A stretch of 6,133 nt of DNA from a virus, in IMG/VR virus record IMGVR_UViG_3300045988_001084, positions 1-6,133 of that record; one strand, given 5' to 3'. The position numbers and the translations under genes were made by a program. Positions 3,859-6,133 of this stretch are shown piece by piece. The notes under the pieces were generated by a model. The model saw only the letters and a program-made list of their open reading frames with translations. It searched no databases and was not told where the DNA came from. Position 1 is the stretch's first letter, and every line of letters begins with the position of its first letter.

Positions 3859-5538
3859 ATGAATTATTCTCCCGATTTGCTTAAGGCTGTTGACCATTGT
3901 CAGCATCGTTCCTTTATCACAAATAGATATAATGGTGCCCGCATTGCTGTAGATTGCGGTCAATGTGATTATTGTATCCATAAGAAAGCTCAAAAAGCGT
4001 CCATGCGCGTGAAGACCGCTGGAAGTGCTTTTAAGTATTCTTATTTCGTTACGCTTACTTATGATAATGAACACGTGCCTCTTATGGCTTGTAAGGTTCT
4101 GCATAGTGACTATGATGACGCTATAGGCATTTCGGGAGATGTTCATTTTGGTTATGAATATCATAAATATATCCCTGTTTCTGAATATCAATGTGATGAT
4201 GACTCCATATTGCGTCATATATTCTTCGAGCAGGTACAAGGCACAGTGCCGTTTGACCGTGAGCTTAAGGAGTATGCTCCTGTTAAGGATAATTGGTTCC
4301 TTAGTATGGCTGCTATTCGTAGCTTTATCTATAAGACGCAATCGGTTGACAAAACGGATTATCCCGCTTCTGCACAATATGGTCGTGATAACCTTATACC
4401 CTTTTTGAACTACGCTGATGTTCAGAATTATATTAAAAGATTACGTAAATATTTATATAAACAGTTAGGTTCTTATGAAACGCTACATTTCTACGCTGTC
4501 GGTGAGTACGGCCCTGTGCATTTCCGTCCGCATTATCATATCTTATTATTCACGAACTCGGAAGAAGTCTCAAAGGTATTACGATACTGTCACGATAAGA
4601 GTTGGAAATTCGGTCGTTCAGATTTCCAGCTTGCCCGAGGTGGAGCTTCTTCATACGTTTCGAGTTACGTTAATAGCCTTAGTTCTGCTCCCTTATTATA
4701 TCGCTCATGCCGCGCGTTTAAACCCCGCTCGAGAGCGTCTCTCGGATTCTTTGAGAAAGGTTGCGATTTCGTGGAAGGTGAAGAGCCTTATGCGCAGATT
4801 GAACAAAAAATCGATTCTGTCGTTAATGGAAGAATCCATAACTTCAACGGCCTTAGTATTCGGTCAACTCCGCCCATGTCGTATATCCGTACCTTACTGC
4901 CCCGATTCTCGTCTGCTCGCAATGACGATAGTATTGCGATTGCTCGAATTCTTCGAGCTGTACACTCAACGCCAAAGAGAATTGCAAAATTCGGATTTAT
5001 CGACTACAAACAGGATTCGGTTTTGAGCCTTGTCCGTACTTATTATCAATATCTCAAAGTTCAAAATATTCTTACAGATGATGACAAAATTATATTACAC
5101 GCTTCTCGGTGTCTTACTAGGTTCTGTAACAGTTCTAGCGATGTCGATATTGAATCTTATATTAATAAGCTATATCGGTTGTTCTTATATGTCTATAAGT
5201 TCTTCCGTAACTGGCATTTGCCTTCCTTCGGTTCTGATATTAGTGCTTACTCCGGTCGTATTATGTTTATCATTAAAACAGGCATAGAATATGAAAAGAA
5301 AGCGAATTATGAAAATTTGCGAGGTATATATGGCCTTCGTTCCCAATACCCTGAACTCTCGGATTGTATGTTCGTTCTACCTGCGAACGGCCAAGAATCA
5401 GATATCTTACAGTCTATTTCACGTGAAACAATTCAGCTCCTTGAGCAACTTCGGTTCCGTAGTGCAACATTCTGTCGCGATATGATTAAGCACAAAAAAC
5501 TTAATGATGCTAATAATATTTTCAACCGCATGGTTTAA
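3859..5538 (+). CDS. VP4: Rolling-circle replication initiator protein VP4 (phiX174 A-like HUH endonuclease).
   Basis: All three RCR motifs are present. Motif 1 is FVTLTYD (4045-4065). Motif 2 (HUH) is HFRPHYHILLF, with HYH at 4531-4539. Motif 3 is the paired catalytic tyrosines YVSSYVNS (Y266 at 4654-4656, Y270 at 4666-4668; compare phiX174 A YVAKYVNK). There is an N-terminal Cys/His cluster HCQH...CGQCDYCIH. I found no P-loop in the 559 aa. Confidence 0.93.
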   Translation: MNYSPDLLKAVDHCQHRSFITNRYNGARIAVDCGQCDYCIHKKAQKASMRVKTAGSAFKYSYFVTLTYDNEHVPLMACKVLHSDYDDAIGISGDVHFGYEYHKYIPVSEYQCDDDSILRHIFFEQVQGTVPFDRELKEYAPVKDNWFLSMAAIRSFIYKTQSVDKTDYPASAQYGRDNLIPFLNYADVQNYIKRLRKYLYKQLGSYETLHFYAVGEYGPVHFRPHYHILLFTNSEEVSKVLRYCHDKSWKFGRSDFQLARGGASSYVSSYVNSLSSAPLLYRSCRAFKPRSRASLGFFEKGCDFVEGEEPYAQIEQKIDSVVNGRIHNFNGLSIRSTPPMSYIRTLLPRFSSARNDDSIAIARILRAVHSTPKRIAKFGFIDYKQDSVLSLVRTYYQYLKVQNILTDDDKIILHASRCLTRFCNSSSDVDIESYINKLYRLFLYVYKFFRNWHLPSFGSDISAYSGRIMFIIKTGIEYEKKANYENLRGIYGLRSQYPELSDCMFVLPANGQESDILQSISRETIQLLEQLRFRSATFCRDMIKHKKLNDANNIFNRMV

Positions 5539-5556
5539 TTTTTAATTTTATTGATT

Positions 5557-6133
5557 ATGAGTGATTTTAACCCTTTAGACCGAGCGAAAATTTCTACCCA
5601 TCGCTCTTCCTTCGACTTGTCTAGTAAAAAATTGTTTACAGCAAAAGTTGGAGAAATTTTACCTTGTTATTGGCAGATTGCTATCCCTGGTACTAAGTAT
5701 CGCATTTCCTCCGACTGGTTTACCCGTACCGTTCCGGTTAATACGGCTGCTTATACCCGTATTAAGGAGTATTATGATTTCTACGCTGTACCGCTGCGCC
5801 TGATTTCTCGTGTACTTCCGCAGGCATTTGCCCAGATGACGGATTATATGACTAGCGCTTCTAGTAGTACTACTAATGCGCCTGTACTTACTTCTGTTCC
5901 TAATGTTTCCCAGAGCACGATTAGCTTGTTTCTTCAAACGGCTAACGCTGGTGACCAGACTAATACTCGTGACGACGCAGGGCTTCCTATTGTTTATGGT
6001 TCTTGTAAGTTGCTTGATTTGCTTGGTTACGGTTCTTTGATTGCATCTACTAATACTGCTAAGGCTGCTATTACGAAAAAGTATTTAGGTGTTGATAGTC
6101 TTAGTGACGCTAATAATCCTTTGGTTTATCAGA
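5557..6133 (+). CDS. VP1: Major capsid protein VP1, N-terminal part. The unique part is 5557..6078; bases 6079..6133 duplicate 1..55.
   Basis: ATG at 5557-5559 lies 18 nt after the VP4 stop, and frame 1 has no stop to the window end. My translation is MSDFNPLDRAKISTHRSSFDLSSKKLFTAKVGEILPCYWQIAIPGTKYRISSDWFTRTVPVNTAAYTRIKEYYDFYAVPLRLI... The FDLS-x4-FT-x3-G-x-L-P ... PG ... Y-x-F-VP-R-L pattern is the conserved N-terminal signature of Microviridae major capsid proteins. The ORF track omits this ORF because it has no stop inside the window. Confidence 0.92.
   Translation, partial: MSDFNPLDRAKISTHRSSFDLSSKKLFTAKVGEILPCYWQIAIPGTKYRISSDWFTRTVPVNTAAYTRIKEYYDFYAVPLRLISRVLPQAFAQMTDYMTSASSSTTNAPVLTSVPNVSQSTISLFLQTANAGDQTNTRDDAGLPIVYGSCKLLDLLGYGSLIASTNTAKAAITKKYLGVDSLSDANNPLVYQ
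6079..6133 (+). repeat. Terminal redundancy (right copy).
   Basis: Exact 55-nt copy of 1-55; the offset of 6078 nt gives the genome length. Confidence 0.95.

Noticed and set aside
1499-5485. Plus-strand alternative-frame ORFs inside recognised genes: 1499..1699, 4139..4408, 4475..5026, 5030..5287 and 5291..5485.
   Set aside because: They are nested in the 150-aa ORF or in VP4 in shifted frames. They have no motifs and no independent codon bias, so they are most simply frame shadows. An in-frame A*-like internal start in VP4 is a separate question that was not addressed.
463-5937. Minus-strand ORFs from the track: 463..855, 922..1176, 1210..1557, 1602..1922, 2391..2690, 3524..3745, 3853..4377 and 5659..5937.
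   Set aside because: All lie antisense to confidently assigned + strand genes, have low-complexity or odd composition (R/I/S/N-rich) and carry no recognisable motif. Known Microviridae transcribe one strand only.
1-6133. CRISPR arrays, IS elements, integrase, toxin-antitoxin or other defence or accessory systems.
   Set aside because: I saw no repeat-spacer periodicity, no transposase or integrase-like ORF and no spare coding capacity. The genome is fully accounted for by the eight + strand genes and one structured intergenic region.

Overview
The window holds one complete, circularly permuted ssDNA microvirus genome (family Microviridae). Bases 1-55 are repeated exactly at 6079-6133, so the unit length is 6078 nt and the window is about 1.01 genome copies. 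All supported genes are on the + strand. The major capsid protein VP1 is split by the arbitrary linearisation point (5557..6078 joined to 1..1221). The other genes are a 150-aa acidic protein, the VP2 pilot/minor capsid protein, a 66-aa acidic protein, a 27-aa single-TM peptide, a 102-aa M15/LAS-type zinc peptidase (probable endolysin) and a 559-aa HUH rolling-circle replication initiator (VP4). The long VP4, the VP1 N-terminal motifs and a Bacteroidetes-type promoter motif suggest an Alpavirinae-like phage of a Bacteroidetes host. This is inference; no search was possible. Most worth a second look: (1) a ~500-nt non-coding region (2775-3277), large for this family, containing a ~60% GC block folded into at least four hairpins and bracketed by a 9-nt direct repeat; (2) a TM-peptide plus M15-peptidase pair joined by overlapping stop/start codons, unlike the phiX174 single-protein lysis model; (3) two origin-like motifs, an exact TAATATTAC in the intergenic region and an 18-nt match (from memory) to the phiX174 origin core on the non-coding strand inside VP1. 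All homology calls come from motif recognition by eye and need HMM or BLAST confirmation.
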